From a virus: 34,590 bases of DNA. The notes below the pieces were generated by a model. That model saw only the letters and a list, made by a program, of their open reading frames with translations. It made no database searches and was not told where the DNA came from. The stretch is taken from the IMG/VR virus record IMGVR_UViG_3300029951_000077; one strand, written 5' to 3'. A program made the translations under genes and the position numbers. Of this stretch, positions 17,485-26,912 are shown in pieces. How positions within the stretch are numbered: position 1 is the stretch's first letter; the number at the start of each line of letters is the position of its first letter.

Positions 17485-17910
17485 ATGGTCCTCGTCTACG
17501 CCGCTCAAGCAGATTTTCTGGCATGGACAGGACTGACGACCGCTCCAACGAACATCGCCCAGTTGCTTCGGTCTGCTTCCCTCGCGGTGAGGGAAGCGAC
17601 CGAGCTCTGTTTCTTCAACGCCGACACCACCGGTCTCCCGATTGACACACCCACTCTGCAGGCGTTCAACGATGCCACCTGCTCCCAGGCGGCATTCCTC
17701 AACTCGGAAGGCATTGACCCGAACGCGGGCGGTGTGCTTGTTGCTGGTGTGCTGGATGCTGTCGCGATCGGTTCCGGCCGTGTCGGCTTCGCCGATGCAG
17801 CACAAGCCGCTTTAGCGAAAACGGATGCCATGAACGGGATATGTCCCGAGGCGCGCCGGATTCTCGCTGATGCTGGGTTGACCCCGTCGCAACCGTGGGT
17901 GACCGGGTGA
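17485..17910 (+). CDS. head-to-tail adaptor/connector
   Basis: RBS AAGGAG. Call rests on size and position; the N-terminus MVLVYAAQADFLAWTGL... is typical of gp6-like adaptors. Confidence 0.6.
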   Translation: MVLVYAAQADFLAWTGLTTAPTNIAQLLRSASLAVREATELCFFNADTTGLPIDTPTLQAFNDATCSQAAFLNSEGIDPNAGGVLVAGVLDAVAIGSGRVGFADAAQAALAKTDAMNGICPEARRILADAGLTPSQPWVTG

Positions 17911-18233
17911 ACGCCAAGCAGGCGCTCGCCCTGTTCTACCAGCAGACCGTCTCTGTAGAACCCTTTACAGGGGCCGGCTCGAACGGGGACACTTTCGCGA
18001 CCGCGCAGAACGTCGTGGGCTTCTACGACGGTGCCCGGAAACTTGTCCGCGATTCGGATGGTGAGCAAGTCGTCTCATCGTCGACGTTCTATACGGAGCC
18101 TGAGAACGCGGCTGCGTTCACCGTGAACTCACGCGTTACCTACAAAACCGCTGTCTCTCGTGTCCTCGGAATTGAATATCACGAGTCTGGGTCACTCGGA
18201 TTACCGGATCACATCGCGGTTTCACTCACCTAG
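17895..18233 (+). CDS. head closure / head-to-tail stopper protein
   Basis: Call rests on position and size (112 aa). An alternative GTG start at 17907 makes a GTGA overlap. Confidence 0.5.
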   Translation: MGDRVNAKQALALFYQQTVSVEPFTGAGSNGDTFATAQNVVGFYDGARKLVRDSDGEQVVSSSTFYTEPENAAAFTVNSRVTYKTAVSRVLGIEYHESGSLGLPDHIAVSLT

Positions 18234-18241
18234 GAGAACCG

Positions 18242-18601
18242 ATGGCTGTTCGTGGAACCTTCAACCTCGATGCATTCCGCGAAGCCTTAGAGGAACGCAA
18301 GCCAATCGCACTAGCGCGAGGGCTCGAATATTTGCGGTCGGTTGTCACCCCGCTCGTGCCGGTGCAGACAGGCAACCTTGTCGGCTCGATCGGGATCACC
18401 GTTTACGACGACATGGGCGAAATCTTCATCCCTGGACCGTACGCCCTGTACCAGCATGAGGGCGTTTATTACCGGCACGGGAAATTCGGCGCCCCACTGA
18501 CTCACACGCATGGTGAATCCTTCTTCCTCGAGCGCCCCATGGTGCAGGAAGCCGACAACATCTTCAAAGTCATGGACGAAGCACTATACGGAGATGGCTA
18601 A
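18242..18601 (+). CDS. HK97 gp10-like neck/tail-completion protein
   Basis: RBS AGGAG. Motif PLVPVQTGNLVGSI resembles the HK97 gp10-family P..TG.L motif. Confidence 0.65.
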   Translation: MAVRGTFNLDAFREALEERKPIALARGLEYLRSVVTPLVPVQTGNLVGSIGITVYDDMGEIFIPGPYALYQHEGVYYRHGKFGAPLTHTHGESFFLERPMVQEADNIFKVMDEALYGDG

Positions 18602-19044
18602 TGGGTGCGATGCGAGACCTAAAGACCGGGCTCGCGACCATGGCCGCAAATGCAGGACTCGGCGTGTACAGATCTGATGGCAGCAACTACTTGGCCGGCG
18701 AAACCGCAATTGTCATGAACATCATGCCTGTCTCACCTGACCGGTGCGCGGTCATCAACGCAGTCCCGCTCACGGACGTCGTCAACGTACCCCAGGGCCT
18801 TGTCATGGTGCAGTTCGCCTTCCGTGGCGCACCGAATAACAACCTCGACGTTGATGACCTAGCCGACAGTTTCTTCTCCCTGTTTCACGGTTCCGTCAGT
18901 CTCGTGCTCGGCTCAGTCACTGTGGAACAGATGAACCGAAACAACGTCATCCCCATGGGTCAAGACCAGTCAACTCGAATAGAACGCGTCGACAAGTACT
19001 ACCTCGACTGCGGTTTCCCGGCGACAACCTCTCGCCCATCATGA
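18601..19044 (+). CDS. tail terminator protein
   Basis: Last gene before the major tail protein; 147 aa. Confidence 0.5.
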   Translation: MGAMRDLKTGLATMAANAGLGVYRSDGSNYLAGETAIVMNIMPVSPDRCAVINAVPLTDVVNVPQGLVMVQFAFRGAPNNNLDVDDLADSFFSLFHGSVSLVLGSVTVEQMNRNNVIPMGQDQSTRIERVDKYYLDCGFPATTSRPS

Positions 19045-19142
19045 TCCCCTCCACAGACCGCATCTAACCGGATGCGTCCAAAACCCCACACCCTCCGTGG
19101 TTTGGGGCTCATCACCATGCCCCAACGCCTGAGGAGGCAATC

Positions 19143-19844
19143 ATGACCGTGGCACTCGCCCGCAAGTACCAACTGCAGGTATCTGTCGACAATGCAACTT
19201 GGCTGAACGTCAAGGGCGTCGATGACCTGAACCCTTCCGAGAACCCGACTATCGTCGGCGCGGACACGTACGACACCAACGGTGTAAACGCGTTCGAGAA
19301 GACGATGATCGGCCCGAAGATTGTCGCCAAATTCCTTCGCCCCGTGAACGGCGGCGTGTACGACCCAGGTCAGGAGCTGATCCGGGCGACTCGCTTCCAG
19401 TTCGGCGCATCAGCACGTATTTACTTCCGCTGGTTCGACAAGAACGGCGCCGCAGATGCTTACGGCGGGTATGGCCTCGTGGAGTGGGAGCCTTCCAAAA
19501 CAGGTGTCGCGGACGTCGAAGAAATCACCGTCACCTTCACCGCTGACGGCACCTTCGCCTCGATCACCAACCCGTACAGCGTCGCAGTGGTGCCTGTCAT
19601 CACATCGATTACCCCCTCCGGCATCGGTGCTGGCGGTGCCGTCACGATCTTCGGCTCGTTCTTCACAGGCGTGGTCGCAACCACGGGTGTGAAATTCAAC
19701 GGCACGAACGCCACCTCGTTCTCGTTCATCAACGACAACCAGATCATTGCCGTTCTTCCGGCTGGCGCCGCAGGAACGACCCCGGTCATTGTCACGAACG
19801 CGACTGGCGCATCCACAGCATTCAACTACACCCGCACCACGTAG
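19143..19844 (+). CDS. major tail protein with a C-terminal IPT/TIG Ig-like domain
   Basis: RBS GAGGAGG. C-terminal PVITSITPSGIGAGGAVTIFGSFFTG..GVKFNGTNATSFSFINDNQIIAVLPAGAAGTTPVIVTNATGAS matches the IPT/TIG pattern. Confidence 0.8.
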   Translation: MTVALARKYQLQVSVDNATWLNVKGVDDLNPSENPTIVGADTYDTNGVNAFEKTMIGPKIVAKFLRPVNGGVYDPGQELIRATRFQFGASARIYFRWFDKNGAADAYGGYGLVEWEPSKTGVADVEEITVTFTADGTFASITNPYSVAVVPVITSITPSGIGAGGAVTIFGSFFTGVVATTGVKFNGTNATSFSFINDNQIIAVLPAGAAGTTPVIVTNATGASTAFNYTRTT

Positions 19845-19853
19845 TAACCAACT

Positions 19854-19890
19854 CCCGGCCCGCGCGTGATGGGGATCAGCGCGGGCCGGG
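19854..19890 (+). terminator. perfect 12-bp hairpin after the major tail gene
   Basis: CCCGGCCCGCGC - 13-nt loop - GCGCGGGCCGGG. Confidence 0.5.
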
Positions 19891-19929
19891 TCCATCCCCA
19901 AAAGATCCCCGAAGAAAAGAATCCCCACG

Positions 19930-20361
19930 ATGCCGTTCAAAGACTTCGCCGTTTTCGCTGACCCTCTCGTTTTGCCGATAAACGGCAAGAACTACACAAT
20001 CCCCCCGCTTGGGGCAGCTGATGGGCTCCGGTTTTCCGGTGTGCTCAAAAGCGGCGCCGAGGAGACATGGTCAGATGACGAATTCAAGCGTGTGTTTCTC
20101 GGCTCGGCGTATGACGAAATGCTTGCCGATAACGTACCCGAAACAGCAGTTTCCCGCGCCGCGATCACCGCTCTCGCTGAGTTCAAGTCAGGACGTGCGG
20201 CGGCAGAGATCATGTGGGAGACGAACGGCGACCCAAAAGCACTGACGTCCTACGTGAGCAAGAACCTGAATCGGGCCTCGCGGCGCTCGAGCAGTACGGG
20301 TGGGGCGAAAAAGATCCCGTCACAGGGTTCTACGAAGGCTACAACCTCCCAAAAGAGTTAG
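19930..20361 (+). CDS. tail assembly chaperone (G-like)
   Basis: 143-aa ORF between the major tail and tape measure genes. It overlaps a -1-frame ORF that ends inside the tape measure start. Confidence 0.8.
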   Translation: MPFKDFAVFADPLVLPINGKNYTIPPLGAADGLRFSGVLKSGAEETWSDDEFKRVFLGSAYDEMLADNVPETAVSRAAITALAEFKSGRAAAEIMWETNGDPKALTSYVSKNLNRASRRSSSTGGAKKIPSQGSTKATTSQKS

Positions 20362-20579
20362 CAGGCAAAGCTGGCCCCTCGGTCTCTTGGGCGCAGATTG
20401 CCGAACAGTGGTCGCTGGTCGAGTACTGCTTCCACCAGATACTTGGCGTCGATCTTGAGCCGATCTGGCCTTCTGTGACCTGGCGCTGGTTCAGCGCACG
20501 CATCCGCATGTTCCTCGCCACGGACACTCCGCTCGCCCATTACTTCTCAGACGATGAACCGGAGGTGCCCAATGGCTGA
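19930..20579 (+). CDS. tail assembly chaperone frameshift product (G-T-like, -1 frameshift)
   Basis: The -1 frame is open from 20214 to 20579. Slippery heptamers lie in the overlap (see the next feature). Confidence 0.65.
20232..20238 (+). promoter_or_regulatory. candidate -1 slippery heptamer C_CCA_AAA (alternative G_AAA_AAG at 20307-20313)
   Basis: It has the canonical X_XXY_YYZ form in the G reading frame (gaC CCA AAA gca) and lies inside the G/T overlap window 20214-20361. Confidence 0.5.
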
Positions 20580-23256
20580 TGGTCCCACCACAGTCGGTTC
20601 CATCGTCGGGCAGTTAAAACTCGACGACTCAGACCTCAACACACGGCTTGACGCTGCTGAGGCGCGAGCAAAGGAGTTTGAAGCGCTCGACCCCACCATC
20701 AAGGTCAAAGCGTCTGTCGCGGACGCAATCGCAGCTCTCGAATCGGTTAATGCTGCCGAGAAGAAACTGCAGGCCACAAATGCGGCGTCGGATGCGGCAA
20801 CGCAGCGGGCAATTCTCGCGCAGATGCGACTCAACGACGTACAGAATGCGCGCGGTCGCACCGATTATCAGGTCGCAGCCGCTGAGTTCGCACTACAGCA
20901 GGCAACCGAACGTTCTGATGCTGCTGCGGAGAAAGCGATTGCCGCCGACGATTCGTTGGCGGCGGCGCGCATGAAACTACTTGCCGTCACCGATGCGCTC
21001 GCAGCTAGCGAAGGCGTCGAAGATGAAGAAGAAAACCGTGGAAACGACATCAAAAACGAAGGCTTCAAGCGCATCAGCGCAATTGTGGCCGCTGTCGCTG
21101 CGCTAATCCCGCTTCTAGGGCCACTCGCTGCATACTCTGCCGCAGTCGGGGGCGGTCTTCTCAGCATGGGTGTCGTTGGTGTCCTTGCAGTGCTCGGAAT
21201 CAAGAACGCTATGGCTGAGGGCACGGAGACAGGTCGCGAATACTCGGCTGGTGTTCAGGCGCTCAAAAGCGATCTTGACGAGCTCTCGCAGACTGCGGCC
21301 ACGAAGATGCTCGGCTCATTCAACTGGGCACTCGCAACCCTGCAAGGCGCAATGCCACAACTGAACTCCGAGGTCAGTGCGTTCGCCGGCATCCTCGGCG
21401 GAACTGGTAACGCCGCCCTCACAGGCGCCGTTGCGTCGCTTCGGGTGCTGAACCCTTTGTTCGTGCAGGCAGGTATGTACGTCGGTGCTTTGGCGCTCGG
21501 GTTCGAGAAGTGGACTTCGGATGGCGGTCTGCAAAAGTTCGCCGCATATGCAGAGCGATCGCTGCCTCAGGTCGCTTCCCTGCTCGGAAATCTCGCTACC
21601 TCGGCATTGAACATTGTCGAAGCATTAGCTCCCGCGGGGACGGCGATGGTGCAGTTCCTGAACATCATCGCGAACGTCCTCGATTTCCTTTCCGGTTTCG
21701 GTCCCGGATTCGCAATCGTAGTTGCGGGTGCTACTGCCGGATACACGGCATTCAAACTATTCGGGTCGATCACACCCTTGATCCAGACAGTTACCGAAGC
21801 CGTCACAGGACTTGGTGTGGCAGAACAAGCCTCTCTCGGTCCGATCGGTCTCGTGATCGCCGGAGTCTCGGCATTGGTCGCAATTCTCGGCGTATCCCTC
21901 GCCACAACGGAATCCGCTACAAACGCAGTCGCAAGCTACGCGTCAGCGGTAGAAGCAGACAATGGCGTCATCGGGCAGAATGTCAAACTCCAGCTCGCTA
22001 AGAATCTGCAGGACAGTGGCTCACTCGCGATTCTTGACAAGCTCGGAGTTGCAACGAACAAAGCTGTCGACGCGGCCCTGGGCGATGCCGCAGCACGTAA
22101 GCAAGTCAATGCGCAGATTCTTGCGGGCGCGAACGCTTTAGAAGCTCATGACAAGGCATCCAAAAGCGCTACTAACAGCGACATGCTCGGAATCGGGGCG
22201 CAAGCAGATGCGTCTGTGGCGTATCACGCGGCCAAGGATGCGATCGAGGACAACGCCACCGCCATTCAGGCAGCCATCAAGGCGTACAACGATTTGCAGC
22301 GCGCACAGGGCGGCGCAACAATCAGTACTCGCGAGCAACTGCAAGCGCAGGATGATCTGGCGCAGCAGTACGGCACATCGGTTTCTGCCTACGAAGGCGC
22401 GGTGACCGCGAACCAGAAGACAGCAGCGCAGGCGGCCGCGACGACCCTGCAATTGCAACTCGAGAACGATGCGGCCACGCTCCTCACCAATGCTTTCACT
22501 CTCCTCAATGGCGGGTCGCTTGATGTCGCCCAAGCGCAGACCGGTGTCGCTGCTGCGAACAACGCCCTGTCAGACTCGTTTAAGCAAAATGGCAAGGTCA
22601 TCGATGGCACGACGGCAGCGGCTGTTGCCAACCAGCAGGCGCTTGAGTCGCAGGTATCCGCTGCGCAGGCAGCAGCAGAAGCGATCGGCAAACAGACAGG
22701 TTCATCGAAAGATGCGGTTGCCTCGTACGAGGCTTCGAAAACTGCGCTCGAAAACCAGCTGCAAGCACAAGGGGATCTCACTGCTGGAGTTCAGGCATAC
22801 ATAAACCAGCTTTATGACGTCGCGAATCTGAAAGTCCCGCCGACGAAGCTGGACGCGGACACGTCCGCTGCCGCAGCGAAGGTCGCAGCACTTCAAGCCC
22901 AATTCGATGCACTTGAGACGACTAAGACGGTGCATGTCGATGCGTCTACTGGGGCTCTCACGATCAAGTGGGCGAACGGGGTTGAAGCGCATGCGGCCGG
23001 TGGAACGGTCGGTGGTGCTGGGTCTTCGACCTCCGATTCCAATCTTGTGCGTCTTTCGCGCGGGGAGGAAGTCATCAAGGCTTCCTCGGCTGGTCAAGCT
23101 CGACCCTTTCTCAAAGCATTCAATGCGAATCCGGCTGCTGCGCTTTCATCTGTTAGCGGGAAGCAGGTTCACCATCACTGGCAGATCATCACGCAGTCGG
23201 ACCCGCAAGCCGCTGTCCAGGACGGTATTCGTCGTCTTTCGCTATTGGGGGCTTAG
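20572..23256 (+). CDS. tape measure protein
   Basis: 895 aa from ATG 20572 (RBS GGAGGTG). Ala/Gln-rich coiled coils flank a hydrophobic core (ISAIVAAVAALIPLLGPLAAYSAAVGGGLLSMGVVGVLAVLGI). Confidence 0.95.
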   Translation: MADGPTTVGSIVGQLKLDDSDLNTRLDAAEARAKEFEALDPTIKVKASVADAIAALESVNAAEKKLQATNAASDAATQRAILAQMRLNDVQNARGRTDYQVAAAEFALQQATERSDAAAEKAIAADDSLAAARMKLLAVTDALAASEGVEDEEENRGNDIKNEGFKRISAIVAAVAALIPLLGPLAAYSAAVGGGLLSMGVVGVLAVLGIKNAMAEGTETGREYSAGVQALKSDLDELSQTAATKMLGSFNWALATLQGAMPQLNSEVSAFAGILGGTGNAALTGAVASLRVLNPLFVQAGMYVGALALGFEKWTSDGGLQKFAAYAERSLPQVASLLGNLATSALNIVEALAPAGTAMVQFLNIIANVLDFLSGFGPGFAIVVAGATAGYTAFKLFGSITPLIQTVTEAVTGLGVAEQASLGPIGLVIAGVSALVAILGVSLATTESATNAVASYASAVEADNGVIGQNVKLQLAKNLQDSGSLAILDKLGVATNKAVDAALGDAAARKQVNAQILAGANALEAHDKASKSATNSDMLGIGAQADASVAYHAAKDAIEDNATAIQAAIKAYNDLQRAQGGATISTREQLQAQDDLAQQYGTSVSAYEGAVTANQKTAAQAAATTLQLQLENDAATLLTNAFTLLNGGSLDVAQAQTGVAAANNALSDSFKQNGKVIDGTTAAAVANQQALESQVSAAQAAAEAIGKQTGSSKDAVASYEASKTALENQLQAQGDLTAGVQAYINQLYDVANLKVPPTKLDADTSAAAAKVAALQAQFDALETTKTVHVDASTGALTIKWANGVEAHAAGGTVGGAGSSTSDSNLVRLSRGEEVIKASSAGQARPFLKAFNANPAAALSSVSGKQVHHHWQIITQSDPQAAVQDGIRRLSLLGA

Positions 23257-24114
23257 GTGACAATCAGCGGCAGTACCACCATTTCTCTTGGCGGTCTGCT
23301 TACGCTCAACTCCGTTGATGGCAACGGTGTTCTTTGGAGAGTCAACCCCGATGGTTTCACCGGATGGGGTGAGCCCGCTTCGACCCTGTCGCCAACGCAG
23401 AAACCGCGACAGTCGGGTGCGTGGGCTGGGGACGCGTTCAATGTGTTTCGCACGATGACGATCGCTGGGACCATAACCGCGCCGTCGCCATCGTTGCTGA
23501 ATTCCTCGATCGATAACCTGTTGACGGCTGTCACGAACGCTGGATTCGTGCTGAGCGTTACTGAGAATGGTTTCACTCGGTCGACGACGGTCCGTAAGCA
23601 GGGTGAGACGCTCACCCCGAAGATCACCAACCTGATCGCTGCTTTCTCGATTCAGGTGGTCGCTGTAGACCCCCGGAAACTTGGCACACCGCTCACTGGT
23701 GTGACCTTGCTGCCGGCGTCGACGGGTGGTCTTGTCCTGCCGATCACGGTGCCGTTCGCGATCACTTCCACCATCGTTTCCGGGCAGGTCACGTTGACCA
23801 ACCCCGGCAACGAAGAAGGACCCGTCAAACTGCGGATCGACGGACCCTGCACCGGACCTGTGATCACCCATTCGGGTGCTGTCGGTTCCTCACTGGTGTT
23901 CTCGAGCTCGCTCTCACTGGGGGTGGGTGAGTGGTTGACGATCGACATGGATAAGCGGACCGCGTTGGGCAACGACCAAGCATCCCGCTCGAGCTACATC
24001 ACGTCGCGGGGTTGGTCACAGTTCGACCCTGGCGTGAACGTGTGGGCGTTCGCCGCGTCCGCTTTCAATGCTGCGTCGCAGCTCACCGTCACAGCCACAC
24101 CGGCTTGGAAATAG
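23257..24114 (+). CDS. distal tail protein (Dit-like)
   Basis: First gene after the tape measure; 285 aa; GTG start directly after the TAG. Confidence 0.6.
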   Translation: MTISGSTTISLGGLLTLNSVDGNGVLWRVNPDGFTGWGEPASTLSPTQKPRQSGAWAGDAFNVFRTMTIAGTITAPSPSLLNSSIDNLLTAVTNAGFVLSVTENGFTRSTTVRKQGETLTPKITNLIAAFSIQVVAVDPRKLGTPLTGVTLLPASTGGLVLPITVPFAITSTIVSGQVTLTNPGNEEGPVKLRIDGPCTGPVITHSGAVGSSLVFSSSLSLGVGEWLTIDMDKRTALGNDQASRSSYITSRGWSQFDPGVNVWAFAASAFNAASQLTVTATPAWK

Positions 24115-24123
24115 GAGACTCTT

Positions 24124-25080
24124 ATGGCTGCTCGTCTGGGTTGGGTTGATGCTGTCGCAGGTGCGCCCTCGTTCGTTGGGCAGGCGTTGCGTCAGTTCTT
24201 CGGCATCGGTTTCCAGATGGGTGCCTCCACGCGACCTTTGGGTGCTCTTTCCGGTGTGCGACCTGGTACACCGTCGACGACTGTCACTGCGACGACGACG
24301 ACATGGACGGTGAACCCGTTCTCGGGTGTGATTGATGGGGAAGCAGCGGCGATCGCTGGGCCGTACCCGTTCTCGTTCGACACCGCCCAGACGGGTTCGA
24401 TGACGGCTGCTGGTGGTACGGCACGGATTGACGCTCTCGATGTGCAAGTTTCCGACCCATCCCAGTCGGATGGCACCTCAACCCCCGGTATCGCGATCGT
24501 TTACGCGGTGGGTACCGCAACCGCACCTGCGCTTACGGCACGGTCGTTCCGGCTGTGCACCATCAACGTCCCCGCCTCCGGTGGCGGGTCACCCACGGTC
24601 AACTGGACACCGTCGTATTCGGTTGCGGCGGGCGGTGTCCTTCCCTGCGCCACTTACGCGCTGCTGCCAACTGTGGGGTTGCCGGGGATGATGGCTGAGG
24701 TCATCGCCGATCCCGTGGCGACGAACAACGGCCTGTACTGGTGGAATGCGGCAGCATCCACGCCGGCATGGTGGAAGGTCGCACCGCTCATCCAGGCGGC
24801 GAGTGGCAAAACATCGGCGATGCCCGCAACCGCACAGCCGATTATCCAGACAGGTCGCGTGTCCGCAGTGACCGGTGCGTCCGGTGTTCTCCCGAACTTC
24901 ACATTTCCCTTCGCGTTCCCGAACGGTGTCGCGTCGCTGCAACTCACCGCGGGCAACGGCTCATCGGTGGCTCCGGTGCTGAACAGCGACTCGCTCACCA
25001 CTGCACTGTTCCAGGCTGTCGTACCGGGCACCGCATCCGGGCAGACCGTCGTGTACTACTTCACCGCGATCGGCTGGTAA
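24124..25080 (+). CDS. minor tail protein
   Basis: 318 aa, RBS AGGAG, Thr/Ala/Gly-rich, in the tail-tip module. Confidence 0.55.
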   Translation: MAARLGWVDAVAGAPSFVGQALRQFFGIGFQMGASTRPLGALSGVRPGTPSTTVTATTTTWTVNPFSGVIDGEAAAIAGPYPFSFDTAQTGSMTAAGGTARIDALDVQVSDPSQSDGTSTPGIAIVYAVGTATAPALTARSFRLCTINVPASGGGSPTVNWTPSYSVAAGGVLPCATYALLPTVGLPGMMAEVIADPVATNNGLYWWNAAASTPAWWKVAPLIQAASGKTSAMPATAQPIIQTGRVSAVTGASGVLPNFTFPFAFPNGVASLQLTAGNGSSVAPVLNSDSLTTALFQAVVPGTASGQTVVYYFTAIGW

Positions 25081-26202
25081 ATGCCCGTCCTGTCCTGGGT
25101 GGCTGTGGAAGTCCTCACCGGCAATGTTCTCGCCGACCTCCCCGACCTGAACGGCGAGAACGGTGAGGATCTCACCCTGCAGTCAACGATGGGCCAATAC
25201 GACACCCTCGCCGCGTACCTGCCGTTACCGACAGCGCCGGTGAACTGGCAGCGCGCCGTCCTCCCCGGCGCCGCGAACCTGATCCTGCTGCAAGACAACC
25301 TGCCCGTCTGGGGCGGCATGGTGATCAGCTCCGACCCCAGCGAATCCGACGAAGTCGCCCTCTCACTCGTCACCCTCGAGGGGTACCTTGACCGGCTGTA
25401 CATCGGCAATGAAACGTTCACAGCCATGGGTCAGAACGACATTGTTTCCTACCTGATCACGAAATACATTGTCGGTGCTGGTATTCCGATCCGTGTCCAA
25501 TACGTCAACGGTGCCGGTTCCGGGACAGCACGCACCCTCGCCTACTTGGACACCGACGACAAAACCATCTACTCCGTCGTGCAAGCCATCGCCGCTCTGC
25601 AGGGTGGCCCTGAGTGGACCATCGGGTGGGAGTGGCAGCACAACCCGGAACGCATCACCCCCGTCTTCTACATCGGCGACCGGCTCGGCGCAGCCGCCAC
25701 CCCCGGGCTTTCCCCAAACGCCACCTTCGACATGCCCGGCTGTCTGACAGCGTTCTCCAACCTCACCGACTACACCTCCGGTAAAGGCGCAACGGATGTG
25801 ATGGCGACCTCGTCCGGGCAGGGAGCCACCCGCCCTCAGTCCGCACACCAATCCGTCACCGACCCTCTGCGTCCCCGGTTCGAATGGCGTGTCAGCCCCG
25901 CAACAACCACCACCGACATCCCGACACTGAACTCCTTCGCGATGGGTGAGCTTGCGCAACTCACCGGAGGAACCGAAACAATAGCGATGGTCGCCGACCT
26001 CAACAGTGCACCGAAACTCGGTGTTGACTGGAATCTGGGTGACGACATCGGATTCCAGATCGGTGGTCTCGACGCCAACGGTCACGACACCGTTCCCGGT
26101 TTCCCTGGCGGCTTCACCGGTGTGTCCCGGGCGATCGGCTGGGATCTGCAGTTGTCCGCCACCCCCACCGTCACACCGATCATCGCAGGGGGTTCGGTAT
26201 GA
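25081..26202 (+). CDS. minor tail protein, Tal-like baseplate hub N-domain
   Basis: The N-terminus (MPVLSWVAVEVLTGNVLADLPDLNG...LLQDNLPVWGGMVISS...LEGYLDRLYI) resembles siphovirus tail-associated (Tal/gp27-like) proteins. Confidence 0.55.
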   Translation: MPVLSWVAVEVLTGNVLADLPDLNGENGEDLTLQSTMGQYDTLAAYLPLPTAPVNWQRAVLPGAANLILLQDNLPVWGGMVISSDPSESDEVALSLVTLEGYLDRLYIGNETFTAMGQNDIVSYLITKYIVGAGIPIRVQYVNGAGSGTARTLAYLDTDDKTIYSVVQAIAALQGGPEWTIGWEWQHNPERITPVFYIGDRLGAAATPGLSPNATFDMPGCLTAFSNLTDYTSGKGATDVMATSSGQGATRPQSAHQSVTDPLRPRFEWRVSPATTTTDIPTLNSFAMGELAQLTGGTETIAMVADLNSAPKLGVDWNLGDDIGFQIGGLDANGHDTVPGFPGGFTGVSRAIGWDLQLSATPTVTPIIAGGSV

Positions 26203-26912
26203 CCAACCCGGGGAAGCAACGCCCGAAGGGACGCGACTGGGTCAACCGTGACCTCGCGGACATCAAACGCACCGTCCGTGAGAACGCTGCAGCCCGCACC
26301 CTCGGCGCTTCGGAGATCGGCAACGGTGGCACCCTGAAAGTTGACGGCTCCCTTGTTGTCACCGGCTCCATCAGCGTCCCCGGGACGCTGAGTTCGGCCG
26401 GCGCCGTCAGTGCTGGTACGACAGTCACCGCTGGGACCACCGTCACAGCCGGCACGGACGTTGACGCCGGCGGTAACGTCAACGCCACGGGAAGTGTGAA
26501 CGGCAACACAGGCAACTTCCCCGGGGGTGTCAACAGCACCGGCGTCTATAACAACCTGGTGAGCACGGGCGCGTACAAAATCCAGTACATCAACGTTTCG
26601 GGCGCAATGGGGTACGTTCCCTCGTCTCGGCAATTCAAGCAGGAAATCGAGACCGCTCCCGATGTGAAGGAGGCAGCCCTCGCGCTGGAAGTCTTCACGT
26701 TCCGGTACAAAGCCGCTGTGGAAGAGCTCGGGGATGCTGCCGCACTCGAGTGGGGCGTAATGGCCGAGGACGTAGAGGCGCTCGGGCTTTACTGGCTCGT
26801 TGATTACGACGAGGAAGGCAAACCGCTCGGTATCAAATACGAACGACTGGCCCTAGCGTTAATTCCACTCGTGCAAGATCACGAGCGCCGACTGAGAGCG
26901 GCTGGACTTTAG
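26199..26912 (+). CDS. tail fibre with a Gly/Thr/Val repeat shaft and a C-terminal S74 intramolecular-chaperone domain
   Basis: Shaft: GTTVTAGTTVTAGTDVDAGGNVNATGSVNGNTGNF. Then SSRQFKQEIETAP...FRYK...EWGVMAEDVE...GIKYERLALALIPLVQD, the S..R.K / auto-cleaving chaperone pattern of endosialidase-type fibres. Confidence 0.8.
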   Translation: MTNPGKQRPKGRDWVNRDLADIKRTVRENAAARTLGASEIGNGGTLKVDGSLVVTGSISVPGTLSSAGAVSAGTTVTAGTTVTAGTDVDAGGNVNATGSVNGNTGNFPGGVNSTGVYNNLVSTGAYKIQYINVSGAMGYVPSSRQFKQEIETAPDVKEAALALEVFTFRYKAAVEELGDAAALEWGVMAEDVEALGLYWLVDYDEEGKPLGIKYERLALALIPLVQDHERRLRAAGL

